Source: Macrostomum lignano (Eukaryota). From it: a stretch of 64,000 bases of DNA. Where the stretch lies: positions 62,001 through 126,000 of the forward strand of contig NIVC01002479.1 in NCBI GenBank assembly GCA_002269645.1, read 5' to 3'. Below the pieces are notes generated by a model. It had not been told where the DNA came from, ran no database searches, and was given only the letters and a program-made list of their open reading frames with translations. This document shows positions 34,223 through 47,180 of the stretch, in pieces; position 1 is the first letter of the stretch, and every line of letters begins with the position of its first letter. A program made the translations under genes and the position numbers.

Positions 34223-35207
34223 TGTCAGTTCAAACCCCACCTACGATTCATCATTTGCTTGAACTCAGATGGACCCATCAAACTATCTAAAAATAGCTCA
34301 GCTACGGTAATGAATCATGCGCGCTTACACTAGACCAGTTGCTTAACTTTCTACCCTGTCATGCTTGACAACAACCAAAGCGTGACCTTTTGACATTTGC
34401 GAAAAAGGTGATGGACGACCTCACGAGGGGTCTGCTTCTCTATAAATACAAGTGGTCCGAAGCGGACCCGGAGCCAACTCCCGACGATAGGAGAAGCTCC
34501 AAAGAGGAAGCCTTAGGAGGACTTCCTGATCACCAAGTCAATCGAGACTCGGTCGAATTGTTGCGGTAAGCCTTTCTCATTTGCACCAGTTGTTGTTGAG
34601 TCGACTCACTATTGTTATAGTGTTAGAGTCTGTTGAGACTCTTGAGTCCATTTGAGACTCCATTGGCTGTAGTCACCCGAAGGACTTACCCTAATAGATC
34701 TTAGAGGATCTATTAGAGATTACCGGGGCATTACCTAGAGTGCATAGAGGCACTACTAGAAGGCTAAGGAGAAACCGCTATTTGGCGCAGGGTACTCATT
34801 GTTTGATACGAGGCCTCTGATTGGTCCTGACTGCAGATACCGGCCGGAAGTCACTTCATCGGAAGTACAAGAAAACCAAGACCAGGGCAACAGGAGAACC
34901 AAGGCGCCTGATCTACGAGATCAAAGAGAGATCCAAGCGAGATCTACAAGAGAACTCCTGAAGAGATATCTCCAATCGAAGTCAAGGTAAGAAGTACCTT
35001 TATCTGATAACTGGGTTGTTGCCTAGCTAAGTAGCTAGAAGTGAGTGTTCTTTGGTTACAGATAAGTCTGGTAATAAGGAACACATCACTGTACGTGTAA
35101 GTTCTGTGGTATATTCTGCTAGTGGTCCTTGATTTGACAATACAAGATTATTAAAGCATACCATTAATGATTATTATGCATCTGATGTTGCACAGAAGCT
35201 TCTGACA
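34223..35207 (+). mobile_element. Possible solo LTR
   Basis: TGTCAG...CTGACA ends with flanks ACAAT/AGAAT (4/5), TATAAATA at 34441, internal GTAAG donors and ATTAAA near the 3' end. Boundaries are uncertain. Confidence 0.3.
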
Positions 35208-36237
35208 AGAATACATTCGTCCAGAAGGCACAAAATATATGGTGCTCTTTCATATTGTCGATAAACTTATGAAATTACATCACTAGACTGAGTCAACAAG
35301 GGCACAAAGTGACGTCCATGCAATGACCAAATCGAAAGCTAGAGGTTTTTTTTAAAGTTCACGTTGTAACGAATAAACGCTGATTAGGATTTAGGATTAA
35401 CGATAGCCCAACACTAGTGAGTGGTCCTTTAGTAGTGCAGTTAGAACATTATCTGAATATTTTATTGCACAAGACGTACGCAGTTGTTGCACTGCGACAC
35501 TTGCAGAGGGGATGATGGTGTATTGGTTTGTCTGACTGTAATTCTAGCATGTACACTCTCCGTACCTTGGGGCTTGGCACTTGAAGCCCAATGGTATTGC
35601 ACGATATTTGATAGATATTAAATAAACTTATATTTTAAGCATAGATCTTGTGAGTGGCCAGGGTACATGCGCATAACTGTTAAATTAAACTATGGTGTAT
35701 CAATGCGTATAATTTCTCTTAAGACATCCAGAGCCAAACTAGAAAGCAGAGTGCATTATAACACAACAGATAATATATTTAATATTAATACCAATACACG
35801 GATATCCATCTCGCCTGTGCATAAAACATTGAGGGAATGTTAGGGAAAATATGATACGCAAATATTAGCGAAATATACGGAAATATACGAAACCAGTTTC
35901 ACAATATTTATGTTAAATACTAAGAAAGTTCCTATCTCAGCCGTGCATATTTTGTTAAAAAAATTTAGCCCTTCCCAAATTTTTTCTTCAAACTAACTGT
36001 CCCGTCCCACTTGCAGAGGCTTGTACAGTAAAATATAATGCAGTATAGACACTAATATAAATAATCTAAATATAGAGGCTATGAATCGACGCTTAGCGTA
36101 CATGAAGATTTTCAGTCGGCTTGTTTATTGAGGAGTTCTACACAATTGCCAATTACGAGCGTACTTTCTTCAATACTTCTTCAGCTCTTAACTACTTATA
36201 GTAGCTGTTAAAAAAATTCAAGAGCGCCGAGTCGCCA

Positions 36238-36832
36238 TCAATCCAGTCGGCCGGTGGCCCGCAGCGGCAGCATCGGGATCTGCACTTCCGCCCGGGCACC
36301 TGCAGCTGCTTCCGGGCCGACGGCGGACTCCACCGCGTCACTGGCGTGCCAGTTGGAGGCGGCTGGCAGCGTGGTGCCCCCGCCGAACCCACTGCGGCCG
36401 CCCAGCATCTGCCTGGCGCCGCCGCCACCGCCGCCGCGGCCCTGAGCTCGAAGCTCCGACCGGCAGCAGCCGCAGCGGCTAAATGTCAACCGGAACTGAC
36501 GCCGGAAATTGCGACTAAACGCCGTGTACAGCAGGGGATTAACGGCCGAATTGGCGTAGATCATCGCCATCACGACCGTCTTGGCCGTGTCCGGCCGGAT
36601 CGGCTGGTAGCCGGCGATGCGGAACACCACCTCCAGCAGCTTGGACAGGTAGCACACAAAGTACACAATCACGCAGGCAATCAGCATCTTCACCACCTGC
36701 TGCCGGCCGGCTATCGCTGGATTGTCGCTGCGCTTCTGTCGACGCTTCGGCTTCTGCTGCTGCTGCGGCTGCTGCTGAACAGTGATGGCACTTGGGCCGC
36801 TCATTGCAGCGGAGCTAGGAACGGCCTGGCTC
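36238..36832 (-). CDS. Class A (rhodopsin-type) neuropeptide GPCR, exon 3 (ICL3, TM6, TM7, C-tail)
   Basis: RQQVVKMLIACVIVYFVCY...MIYANSAVNPLLYTAFSRNFRRQF (NPxxY, helix 8); acceptor caacag|G, phase 2. Confidence 0.9.
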
Positions 36833-36849
36833 CTGTTGGGGGGGATGGG

Positions 36850-37917
36850 GAACAGGATGGATTGCTAGTCTAGCCAATTAGGGATGATGGAACAGAATGG
36901 ATTGCTAGACTTGCCAATTAGGGATGATGGAACAGAATGGATTGCTAGACTTGCCAATTAGGGATGATGGAACAGGATGGATTGCTAGTCTATCCAATCA
37001 GGGATGATGGTACAGAATGGATTGCTAGACTAGCCGATTAGGGATGATGGAACAGAATGGATTGCTAGACTTGCCAATTAGGGATGATGGACCAGGATGG
37101 ATTGCTAGTCTATCCAATCAGGGATGATGGAACAGAATGGATTGCTAGACTAGCAAATTAGGAATGATGGAACAGAATGGATTGCTAGACTAGCCAATTA
37201 GGGATGATGGAACAGGATGGATTGCTAGTCTATCCAATCAGGGATGATGGAACAGAATGGATTGCTAGACTAGCCAATTAGGGATGATGGAACAGGATGG
37301 ATTGCTAGTCTATCCAATCAGGGATGATGGAACAGAATGGATTGCTAGACTAGCCAATCAGGGATGATGGAACAGAATGGATTGCTAGACTAGCCAATTA
37401 GGGATGATGGAACAGGATGGATTGCTAGTCTAGCCAATCAGGGATGATGGAACAGAATGGATTGCTAGACTAGCCAATTAGGGATGATGGAACAGAATGG
37501 ATTGCTAGACTAGCCAATTAGGGATGATGGAACAGGATGGATTGCTAGTCTATCCAATCAGGGATGATGGAACAGAATGGATTGCTAGACTAGCCAATCA
37601 GGGATGATGGAACAGAATGGATTGCTAGACTAGCCAATTAGGGATGATGGAACAGAATGGATTGCTAGACTAGCCAATTAGGGATGATGGAACAGGATGG
37701 ATTGCTAGTCTATCCAATCAGGGATGATGGAACAGAATGGATTGCTAGACTAGCAAATTAGAAATGATGGAACAGAATGGATTGCTAGACTAGCCAATTA
37801 GGGATGATGGAACAGAATGGATTGCTAGACTTGCCAATTAGGGATGATGGAACAGAATGGATTGCTAGTCTAGCCAATTAGGGATGATGGAACAGAATGG
37901 ATTGCTAGTCTAGCCAG
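36850..37917. repeat. Intronic minisatellite, 40-bp unit (GPCR intron 2)
   Basis: ATTGCTAGACTAGCCAATYAGGGATGATGGAACAGAATGG in tandem; fills almost the whole intron. Confidence 0.95.
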
Positions 37918-37965
37918 CACTGACGATCAAGGAATAAAAAAGGTTGCTTATCTATCAGCCCTCAC

Positions 37966-38334
37966 CTGGCAACCGCCTGCTGCTGCTGTCCAGCGCAGTT
38001 GATTCTAAGCTGAGCGTGGGCGCCAAACGAGCCAAACAGAGCGGCGCTCATTCGGCTGTAGAGCACCACTTGCAGGCACAGGGGAAGAAAGTAGAACACG
38101 GCCAGCTCCGCCATGCCGATGGCGTTGCTGATCCGCATCTGCTCGGCCAGGGTGTCCGCGTATCTGGACACACAGCGCCTGTGCATCTGCGGCGGCACGG
38201 GCATCACGGTGAGGAATACGAGACTCTGTGAGGCTAAGCCGAGGCCGAGAAACCAGCAGCAGGCCAGGGTTAGGATGGTGCGCCGACGAGAGAACCACAG
38301 GTGGGCGCGCATCGGGTGGACAATGGCCACGTAG
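37966..38334 (-). CDS. Neuropeptide GPCR, exon 2 (TM4-TM5)
   Basis: R-YVAIVHPMRAH...CCWFLGLGLAS...FYFLPLCLQVVLYSRM; cccgcag|C and AG|GTGAGG junctions. Confidence 0.9.
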
Positions 38335-38399
38335 CTGCGGGATAAATCGTTTTAAAGCGATCATTTTCGCACCTTTTATCGTAATTACTGTCTGTACAC

Positions 38400-38740
38400 A
38401 CCCCAATCTGCACCCACCTCAATCCGCACCCACATCACTCCGCACCCACCTCACTCCGCACCCACCTCACTCCGCACCCACCTCACTCCGCACCCACCTC
38501 ACTCCGCACCCACCTCACTCCGCACCCACCTCACTCCGCACCCACCTCACTCCGCACCCACCTCACTCCGCACCCCCTCATTCTGCACCCACCTCACTCC
38601 GTACCCACCCCACTCCGCACCCCCTCATTCTGCACCCAGCTCACTCCGCACCCAGCTCACTCCGCACCCACCTCACTCCGCACCCACCTCACTCCTCACC
38701 CACCTCACTCCGCACCCACCCCAATCCGCACCCACTCCAT
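38400..38740. repeat. Minisatellite, 16-bp unit CTCACTCCGCACCCAC
   Basis: Tandem copies near the acceptor of GPCR intron 1. Confidence 0.9.
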
Positions 38741-39477
38741 TCCGCCTGCAAGCATTCAGTATACCGAAACATTAAAATTGTAGATATTTTGCCGAAAGTT
38801 AATTTTTTTATCGTTGCTTCACATACGAGCTACAGTAGATTACATTCTTCTGTACTTCATCTATACAGCATTTTTTATCCATGGACTAAAAGTTATTAAA
38901 TACGCAGCCTGCAGCATGCCACAGCACTGCCAGAGGAAGGCCTTTGCAAAGAATTTGGCTTTTGTGGAAGCTGCTGGCAGTCTGGCCAACAGTCCCAGAG
39001 ACTCGTCAAATTGTCAAATTCTTACTGCCGCCGCTGCTGTTGCTACGCCAAAAACCGAATCGCTCTCCATCTGGCCGCCAGAATACCAATCTTCCCCTAA
39101 GCTCTGGCCATTATTTGCCTTCGCGCATTTCAGCTTCCTGAGGTTTCTGGGAAAGACATCTCTCAGGGTTCGATTCCGCCGCTTGTGCTGCGCTGCCTGG
39201 TTCAGGGGTTCGTCTTTGGTCCCTTGGCGACCTCCGGCCGTCAATAATGGGGCAATAATCACGTTTCACTGGGGGGAGGGGGAGGTAGCTTAGCGATCCA
39301 TCAGCGAATTAGCATCAGCTGCCCGCCTGGCCTCTGCATGCTGCCTTGGCCTTTGTTCGGTCCAACATTCCCCAGCAGTTAAAACTCAGTTATTGCAAAC
39401 TAAGTTCGCTGTAACCCTCCCGACTGTAAAGCTCCATTGTACCCGGGTTCGATTCCGCTCGCTGCCAAGTTAAATTG

Positions 39478-39693
39478 ACTAGCTAACTAACTAACTGAAT
39501 AACTGACTAACTAACTAACTAACTGAATAACTAACTAACTAACTAACTAACTAACTGAATAACTAACTAACTAACTAACTAACTAACTGACTGACTAACT
39601 AACTAACTAACTAACTAACTGAATAACTGACTAACTAACTAACTAACTAACTGAATAACTAACTAACTAATTAACTAACTAACTGAATAACTG

Positions 39694-39724
<31 letters not shown>

Positions 39725-39791
39725 GAATAACTAACTAACTAATTAACTAACTAACTGAATAACTGACTAACTAACTAACTAACTAACTGAA

Positions 39792-39881
<90 letters not shown>

Positions 39882-39965
39882 GCTAACTAACTGACTAACT
39901 AACTAACTAACTAACTGAATAACTGAATAACTAACTAACTAATTAACTAACTAACTGAATAACTG

Positions 39966-40000
<35 letters not shown>

Positions 40001-40027
40001 GAATAACTAACTAACGAACTAACTAAC
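39478..40027. repeat. (CTAA)n microsatellite with CTGA/ATAA variants
   Basis: Direct reading. Confidence 0.97.
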
Positions 40028-40689
40028 TTTTTGCCCCTTTGAACTTTTAAATCGCTTAGACTTCAGCTTATAATGAGAGTAACTAAGGCCTCAGCACTTC
40101 AGGTGAGAGCTGATACTGGGCGATCTCTATGCTTAAAAAAAGGAGAAACCTTTCGCGATTTGAGTAGATTCTGAGAGACCTTGCCGGAAAAGCTTTTACG
40201 AGCTACTACGAGCACTTATAAATAAGCACCTGAGCATTATTGCTGCGAAAAAGCTCACTGCACCCTTATGTCTGACCGCGCTGAGCACATCCTGTCCGTA
40301 CAAGCAGCAAGTGAGCAATGCGCTTCGGAGCTGCAGCAAGTCTCGCCATCAATCAACATAAAGGAGCCGTTCTGGGCGCAACCCGGATGTCCGGGCGGCT
40401 GCCTCCACTTTTCTCCTCTCCATAATCGGCATTTACGATTGCTAAAGGCCTATTTAGCGTCTCCGGAGAGCAAGAACTTGCTTAGCTTAGTGCTTTTACG
40501 CTAGCCACTGCTCGTAGTACGTGTAATTAGCTATGAAAATGAATGCTAATACGAGAGCCATTGATTTTCTTGATTTTCTTTGAACTGGCTGATGCAGTTC
40601 AGAGAAAAACTGCATTTTGCATTTTGGGAATTTTGGCCACACGTCTCAATTGGAGGGTAATTTCCATTGATGCATCACTTCTCCGCCTC

Positions 40690-41765
40690 TCAGCTCCCTC
40701 TCCATCTCTCTCTCCCCCTCTCCCTCTCTTCCTCTCTGTCTCCCTCTCTATCTCTCTCTGCCTCTCCCTCCATCTCCCCCCTCTGTCTCTTCCTCTGTCC
40801 CCCTCTCTCTCCCTCTGTCTCTCCCTCCGTCTCTCCCATCTCTGTATCTCCCCTCTCTATCTCTCCCATCTCTGTCTCTCCCCTCTCTGTCTCTCCCATC
40901 TGTCTCTCCCATCTCTGTCTCTCCCATCTCTGTCTCCCCCTCTCTGTCTCTCCTATCTCTGTCTCTCCCATCTCTGTCTCTCCCCTCTCTGTATCTCCCC
41001 TCTGTCTCTCCTATCTCTGTCTCTCCCCTCTCTGTCTCTCTCCTCTCTGTATCTCCCATCTCTGTCTTTCCCATCTGTCTCTCCCATCTCTGTCTCTCCC
41101 ATCTCTGTCTCTCCCCTCTCTGTCTTTCCCATCTGTCTCTCCCATCTCTGTCTCTCCCATCTCTGTCTCTCCCCTCTCTGTCTCTCCCATCTGTCTCTCC
41201 CATCTCTGTCTCTCCCATCTCTGTCTCTCCCCTCTCTGTCTCTCCCATCTCTGTCTCTCCCCTCTCTGTCTCTCCCATCTCTGTCTCTCCCCTCTCTGTA
41301 TCTCCCCTCTGTCTCTCCTATCTCTGTCTCTCCCCTCTCTGTCTCTCTCCTCTCTGTCTCTCCCATCTCTGTCTCTCCCCTTTCTGTCTCTCCCATCTGT
41401 CTCTTCCCTCTCTGTATCTCCCCTCTGTCTCTCCTATCTCTGTCTCTCCCCTCTCTGTCTCTTCCCTCTCTGTCTACCCTCTCTGTATCTCCACTCTGTC
41501 TCTCTCTCTCCCTCTCCATCTCCCTCTGTCTGTCCCCCTCTCTCTCCCTCCGTCTCTCCCTCCGTCTCTCCCATCTCTGTCTCTCCCTCTGTCTCTCCCC
41601 TCTCTGTATCTCCCCTCTCTGTCTCTCCCCTCTCTGTCCCTCCCATCTGTGTCTCTCCCCTCTCTGTCTCTCCCCTGTCTCTCTCCCCTCTCTGTATCTT
41701 CCCTCTCTGTCTCCCCTCTCTGTCTCTTTCTCCTTCTCCCTCTCCGTCTACCTCTCCCTCTTCCT
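40690..41765. repeat. CT-rich degenerate microsatellite (TCTGTCTCTCCC-type)
   Basis: Polypyrimidine low-complexity tract. Confidence 0.95.
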
Positions 41766-42334
41766 TTCTTAGTTATCTATCTTGCATCCGTTTCTCTCTC
41801 TTTCTCGCCAATTGATGCGTAATTAATTTTATTACGTGTATACTTATACACTTGTACTCACAAAGTTTTTTACGTTTTTGACGTTAAATATTGGGCAATA
41901 GAGTACTATATGGTATAGAAGTACGATGTAAATATACAGTCACCTTTCTTCCATCTCTGTCATAACAATCTATCAGTCTATCAAGCAGGAGCTGCGGACT
42001 TCCGCGGTGCGCCCATCAGAGAGAGGCCCTGTCTACATTGCCAACCGTAAATCACCCGCGCGCACTGGGTCAAGACTGCAGATGAAGGGCAGGCAGGCTT
42101 GCCTAGCGCTTCCGTTTCTTGAGTTCTGGCAGCGCGGGACCGGAAGGCCGCTAAACCAGAATGGAAAGTGATCGTCACTGAGTGGACTGGGGTTGCAGGG
42201 AGTGCAGCAATAGACACCAGATCCCCCTGGGCCATTAATGGAGGCTCTGTCTCTGCCATATTTGGAAATCGAAGTCGAATGGACTGATGCTTGATTCACG
42301 CCAAGTAGCTATCAATTCCACTTTTAGGCAGACT

Positions 42335-42595
42335 GACCCGACCAGTCACAATGCACCCACTCAGACAGTCCCACTTCTGACGCGGCAAAGATCAAAGAGA
42401 CCCGACCAGTCACAATGCACCCATTCAGACAGTCCCACTTCTGGCGCGGCAAAGATCAAAGAGACCTAACCAGTCACAATGCACCCATTCAGACAGTCCC
42501 ACTTCTGACGCGGCAAAGATCAAAGAGACCCGACCAGTCACAATGCACCCATTCAGACAGTCCCACTTCTGGCGCGGCAAAGATCAAAGAGACCC
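42335..42595. repeat. 64-bp tandem repeat, 4 copies
   Basis: GACCCGACCAGTCACAATGCACCCA... at 42335, 42399 and two further copies. Confidence 0.9.
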
Positions 42596-43467
42596 AGCTT
42601 GGTATATTGGAAATATATGAACGAATCTTGCACCAATACAAAATTGTCACAAAATCAGTAATTGAATGTTTTTTGCATTTATTAGCTAGGTTTTTTCTAA
42701 TGCAACCTTATTATCATGGGTACACAATCTCCAGACTAATTATGCTATATAAATTACACAGAGTACAAAATACAAAACTGGGATAGCAAGATCCTGAAAT
42801 GAACTATTATCAGCATCTGAGCTCGTCTTGGCGAAAATTTGGAAAGCTAATCATTAGCAGCATATTTCCTCTGAGCTGACCGCTCCGTGTGCGATGGCGG
42901 CTCCCTGACCGGAATAGGCGACAGAAGCCATATTTCCAGCTCAATTTCTAGTAAAAATGGGAGCATTGTAAAATCCTTCCTATTCGTATCCGGTAGCTCC
43001 TTTCGCTCCCCCCGTTTCTCCTTCTTCCCAGTAGCCTACTGGGATCTCTCGATCCTAAGGCGCGATGGTTCGCCTCCGGTAATTTGCTAACAAAATCCAT
43101 ATTTAGAAGGTAATGATGGGGGTCGAGCTTTTCCGTGTGTGTTTGTGTGTGTGGGTGTTTGTGTGTGTTACGCCAACATTGATTCACAGCGCTCTCTGTT
43201 GAGCAGAACCGACTCTTTCTGCCAGTGATGCTGCATGATGGGGGATGGGGCTGAGGGTGTCACCGCTCGGGTGTCCGGCTTGCTCTGCTAGCAGTCTCCT
43301 GAGCTCAAATTACTGCTGCAAAAATGCCATTTTTGACGTTTTTAGGTTAAGCTTTTGTTAAAGTATTCATCTCTTGCTGTTGTTGCTCCTGACGCTGCTC
43401 GATCCGGACACAGTACATCACAGGCACGGTTCTGGACCCTGTCACTGACTCCTGACAATGGTTTTAG

Positions 43468-44130
43468 CACCTCTGACACTCATTCTATCACCTCTGACAC
43501 TCATTCTATCACCTCTGACACTCATTCTATCACCTCTGACACTCATTCTATCACCTCTGACACTCATTCTATCACCTCTGACACTCATTCTATCACCTCT
43601 GACACTCATTCTATCACCTCTGACACTCATTCTATCACCTCTGACACTCATTCTATCACCTCTGACACTCATTCTATCACCTCTGACACTCATTCTATCA
43701 CCTCTGACACTCATTCTATCACCTCTGACACTCATTCTATCACCTCTGACACTCATTCTATCACTCTGACACTCATTCTATCACCTCTGACACTCATTCT
43801 ATCACCTCTGACACTCATTCTATCACCTCTGACACTCATTCTATCACCTCTGACACTCATTCTATCACTCTGACACTCATTCTATCACCTCTGACACTCA
43901 TTCTATCACCTCTGACACTCATTCTATCACCTCTGACACTCATTCTATCACCTCTGACACTCATTCTATCACCTCTGACACTCATTCTATCACCTCTGAC
44001 ACTCATTCTATCACCTCTGACACTCATTCTATCACCTCTGACACTCATTCTATCACCTCTGACACTCATTCTATCACCTCTGACACTCATTCTATCACCT
44101 CTGACACTCATTCTATCACCTCTGACACTG
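43468..44130. repeat. Minisatellite, 21-bp unit TCTATCACCTCTGACACTCAT
   Basis: About 31 near-perfect copies. Confidence 0.97.
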
Positions 44131-44596
44131 ATTCTTTCACGCAAACTTATTTTTACACCTCCTTTCTGGCACAGATTTTGGCCACCGGTAATGTCTTCCA
44201 TGATCCTTTTCCAAATCTGAGCTCCCATATCTCGGGCAGTCAGCAGCTACTCAATGTGAGAAGCTACTCAGTCAACAACTCCCGAAAATAAGTCGCATCG
44301 ATCGCGTCGGATAACAACTTGAGTAAGAAGGCTGGCTGGCACAGAGACGAGAGCCAGAGCTGCCCCAGGCTAATTGGCATGCAGGTCAGGATTTGCTCAC
44401 TCGATACCGGACCAAAATGTACCACTAACCCGAATGAATACTCGTATAGCTGCGCTGATTGCTCCCGATGAGCTGTCCGTCAACTGATGCAGCTTGCGCT
44501 TACGTGCACAAATATTAATGACTTGCTGACTGGGATTAGGGAGATTAGCAGCTAGCTGGCGGTTTGCACAATTGTGCTCGGCATTATGGAACCTTT

Positions 44597-45125
44597 AATT
44601 CGGATTCAGATTCGGATTCGGATTTGGATTCGGATTCGGATTCGGATTCAGATTCGGATTCAGATTCAGATTCGGATTCGGATTCAGATTCGGATTCGAA
44701 TTCAGATTCGGATTCGGATTCGGATTCGGATTTGGATTCGGATTCGGATTCGGATTCAGATTCGGATTCAGATTCAGATTCAGATTCGGATTCGGATTCA
44801 GATTCGGATTCGAATTCAGATTCGGATTCGGATTCGGATTTGGATTCGGATTCAGATTCGGATTTAGATTCAGATTCAGATTCGGATTCAGATTCGGATT
44901 CAGATTCGGATTCAGATTCAGATTCGGATTCTGATTTGGATTCGGATTCAGATTCGGATTCAGATTTAGATTCGGATTCGGATTCAGATTTAGATTCAGA
45001 TTCGGATTCGGATTCGGATTCGGATTCGGATTCGGATTCAGATTTAGATTCAGATTCGGATTCGGATTCGGATTTAGATTCAGATTTAGATTCGGATTCG
45101 GATTCAGATTCGGATTCGGATTCAG
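44597..45125. repeat. Hexanucleotide microsatellite (GATTCG/GATTCA)n
   Basis: Direct reading; produces spurious SD/ES-repeat ORFs. Confidence 0.95.
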
Positions 45126-45862
45126 GCTTTCTCTTGATTTGATTCAGACCAGAGCATACTTGCGCTCTCTCGCAGCAGTTTCTCAGTCCGATTTTCACAG
45201 AGTAGCGAAGGCTGCATGTGCCGGAGCGGGCAACCCGAACCGCCTACCAAAGTGTCGGCAAGGCTGAAAGCAACGCGCAGTGGCAACTCCCAGCAAGTGG
45301 AGCTCTGCTTAGAAAGCGATTGTCTGCAGAACCCCCCCCCCCCCCCCAGAATGCTGCTACTATTGATCTTTCTCGCGCACAAGCAACAGCGGCAGGGAGG
45401 GTAGAGGCAGCTGGGCCTCATCGCAGCTCCCCCTGTCCCCAGTAACCATAAATGCAAACTCGAAGACGAAACCCTGAAAGAGGAAGGATTAGCCGTTTCC
45501 GTCCCTTACGTTCCCTCCCTCCCTCCTTCGCCATCATTCCCTCTCCTCTCAGGGCAAACTCTACAGCCAGTGAAGGTAAAAAATGTAAAAAAAAGTCCCC
45601 AGCAACGAGAGACCTGTCCCTTGCATCTGGTCGAGCTCCCGTCGGCCCTCCGGACTCTCTCTAGCAGTGGGCAGACAGAAGTTTACAAAACTGCTGGTCT
45701 GAGTGTAGGATGGCGGGACCATGACAGCTGGGCAGTGACTTGTACTGCCGCAGATTGCGGTCGGATCCCCGATTGTGTGCATCAGCTGCTTCGCATAGCG
45801 CTATGCATAGTGACACTAGCTTGGCACATTGTTATGTCTGTAATACATCATCTCGAATTGTA

Positions 45863-47180
45863 AGCACAGTATGGCACACCTGACACACAGTATGGCATAC
45901 CTGACACACAGTATGGCACACCTGACACACAGTATGGCATACCTGACACACAGTATGGCATACCTGACACACAGTATGGCACACCTGACACACAGTATGG
46001 CATACCTGACACACAGTATGGCATACCTGACACACAGTATGGCACACCTGACACACAGTATGGCATACCTGACACACAGTATGGCACACCTGACACAGTA
46101 TGGCATACCTGACACACAGTATGGCACACCTGACACACAGTATGGCATACCTGACACACAGTATGGCACACCTGACACACAGTATGGCATACCTGACACA
46201 CAGTATGGCATACCTGACACACAGTATGGCACACCTGACACACAGTATGGCATACCTGACACACAGTATGGCACACCTGACACACAGTATGGCACACCTG
46301 ACACACAGTATGGCATACCTGACACACAGTATGGCATACCTGACACACAGTATGGCATACCTGACACACAGTATGGCATACCTGACACACAGTATGGCAC
46401 ACCTGACACACAGTATGGCACACCTGACACACAGTATGGCATACCTGACACACAGTATGGCACACCTGACACACAGTATGGCACACCTGACACACAGTAT
46501 GGCATACCTGACACACAGTATGGCATACCTGACACACAGTATGGCATACCTGACACACAGTATGGCATACCTGACACACAGTATGGCATACCTGACACAC
46601 AGTATGGCATACCTGACACACAGTATGGCACACCTGACACACAGTATGGCATACCTGACACACAGTATGGCACACCTGACACAGTATGGCACACCTGACA
46701 CACAGTATGGCATACCTGACACACAGTATGGCACACCTGACACACAGTATGGCACACCTGACACACAGTATGGCATACCTGACACACAGTATGGCATACC
46801 TGACACACAGTATGGCATACCTGACACACAGTATGGCATACCTGACACACAGTATGGCACACCTGACACACAGTATGGCACACCTGACACACAGTATGGC
46901 ATACCTGACACACAGTATGGCACACCTGACACACAGTATGGCACACCTGACACACAGTATGGCATACCTGACACACAGTATGGCATACCTGACACACAGT
47001 ATGGCATACCTGACACACAGTATGGCATACCTGACACACAGTATGGCACACCTGACACACAGTATGGCACACCTGACACACAGTATGGCATACCTGACAC
47101 ACAGTATGGTATACCTGACACACAGTATGGCATACCTGACACACAGTATGGCATACCTGACACACAGTATGGCACATCTG
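45863..47180. repeat. Minisatellite, 19-bp unit CAGTATGGCAYACCTGACA
   Basis: About 69 copies with a binary C/T variant. Confidence 0.97.

Noticed and set aside
39478-40027. (CTAA)n as interstitial telomere
   Set aside because: The unit is TTAG, not TTAGGG or TTAGG; treated as an ordinary microsatellite.
44564-45198. SD-repeat (Sdr/Clf-like) or ES-repeat ORFs
   Set aside because: Both strands are open only because (GATTCR)n lacks stops. It lies in GPCR intron 1, with no signal peptide, domain or splice support.
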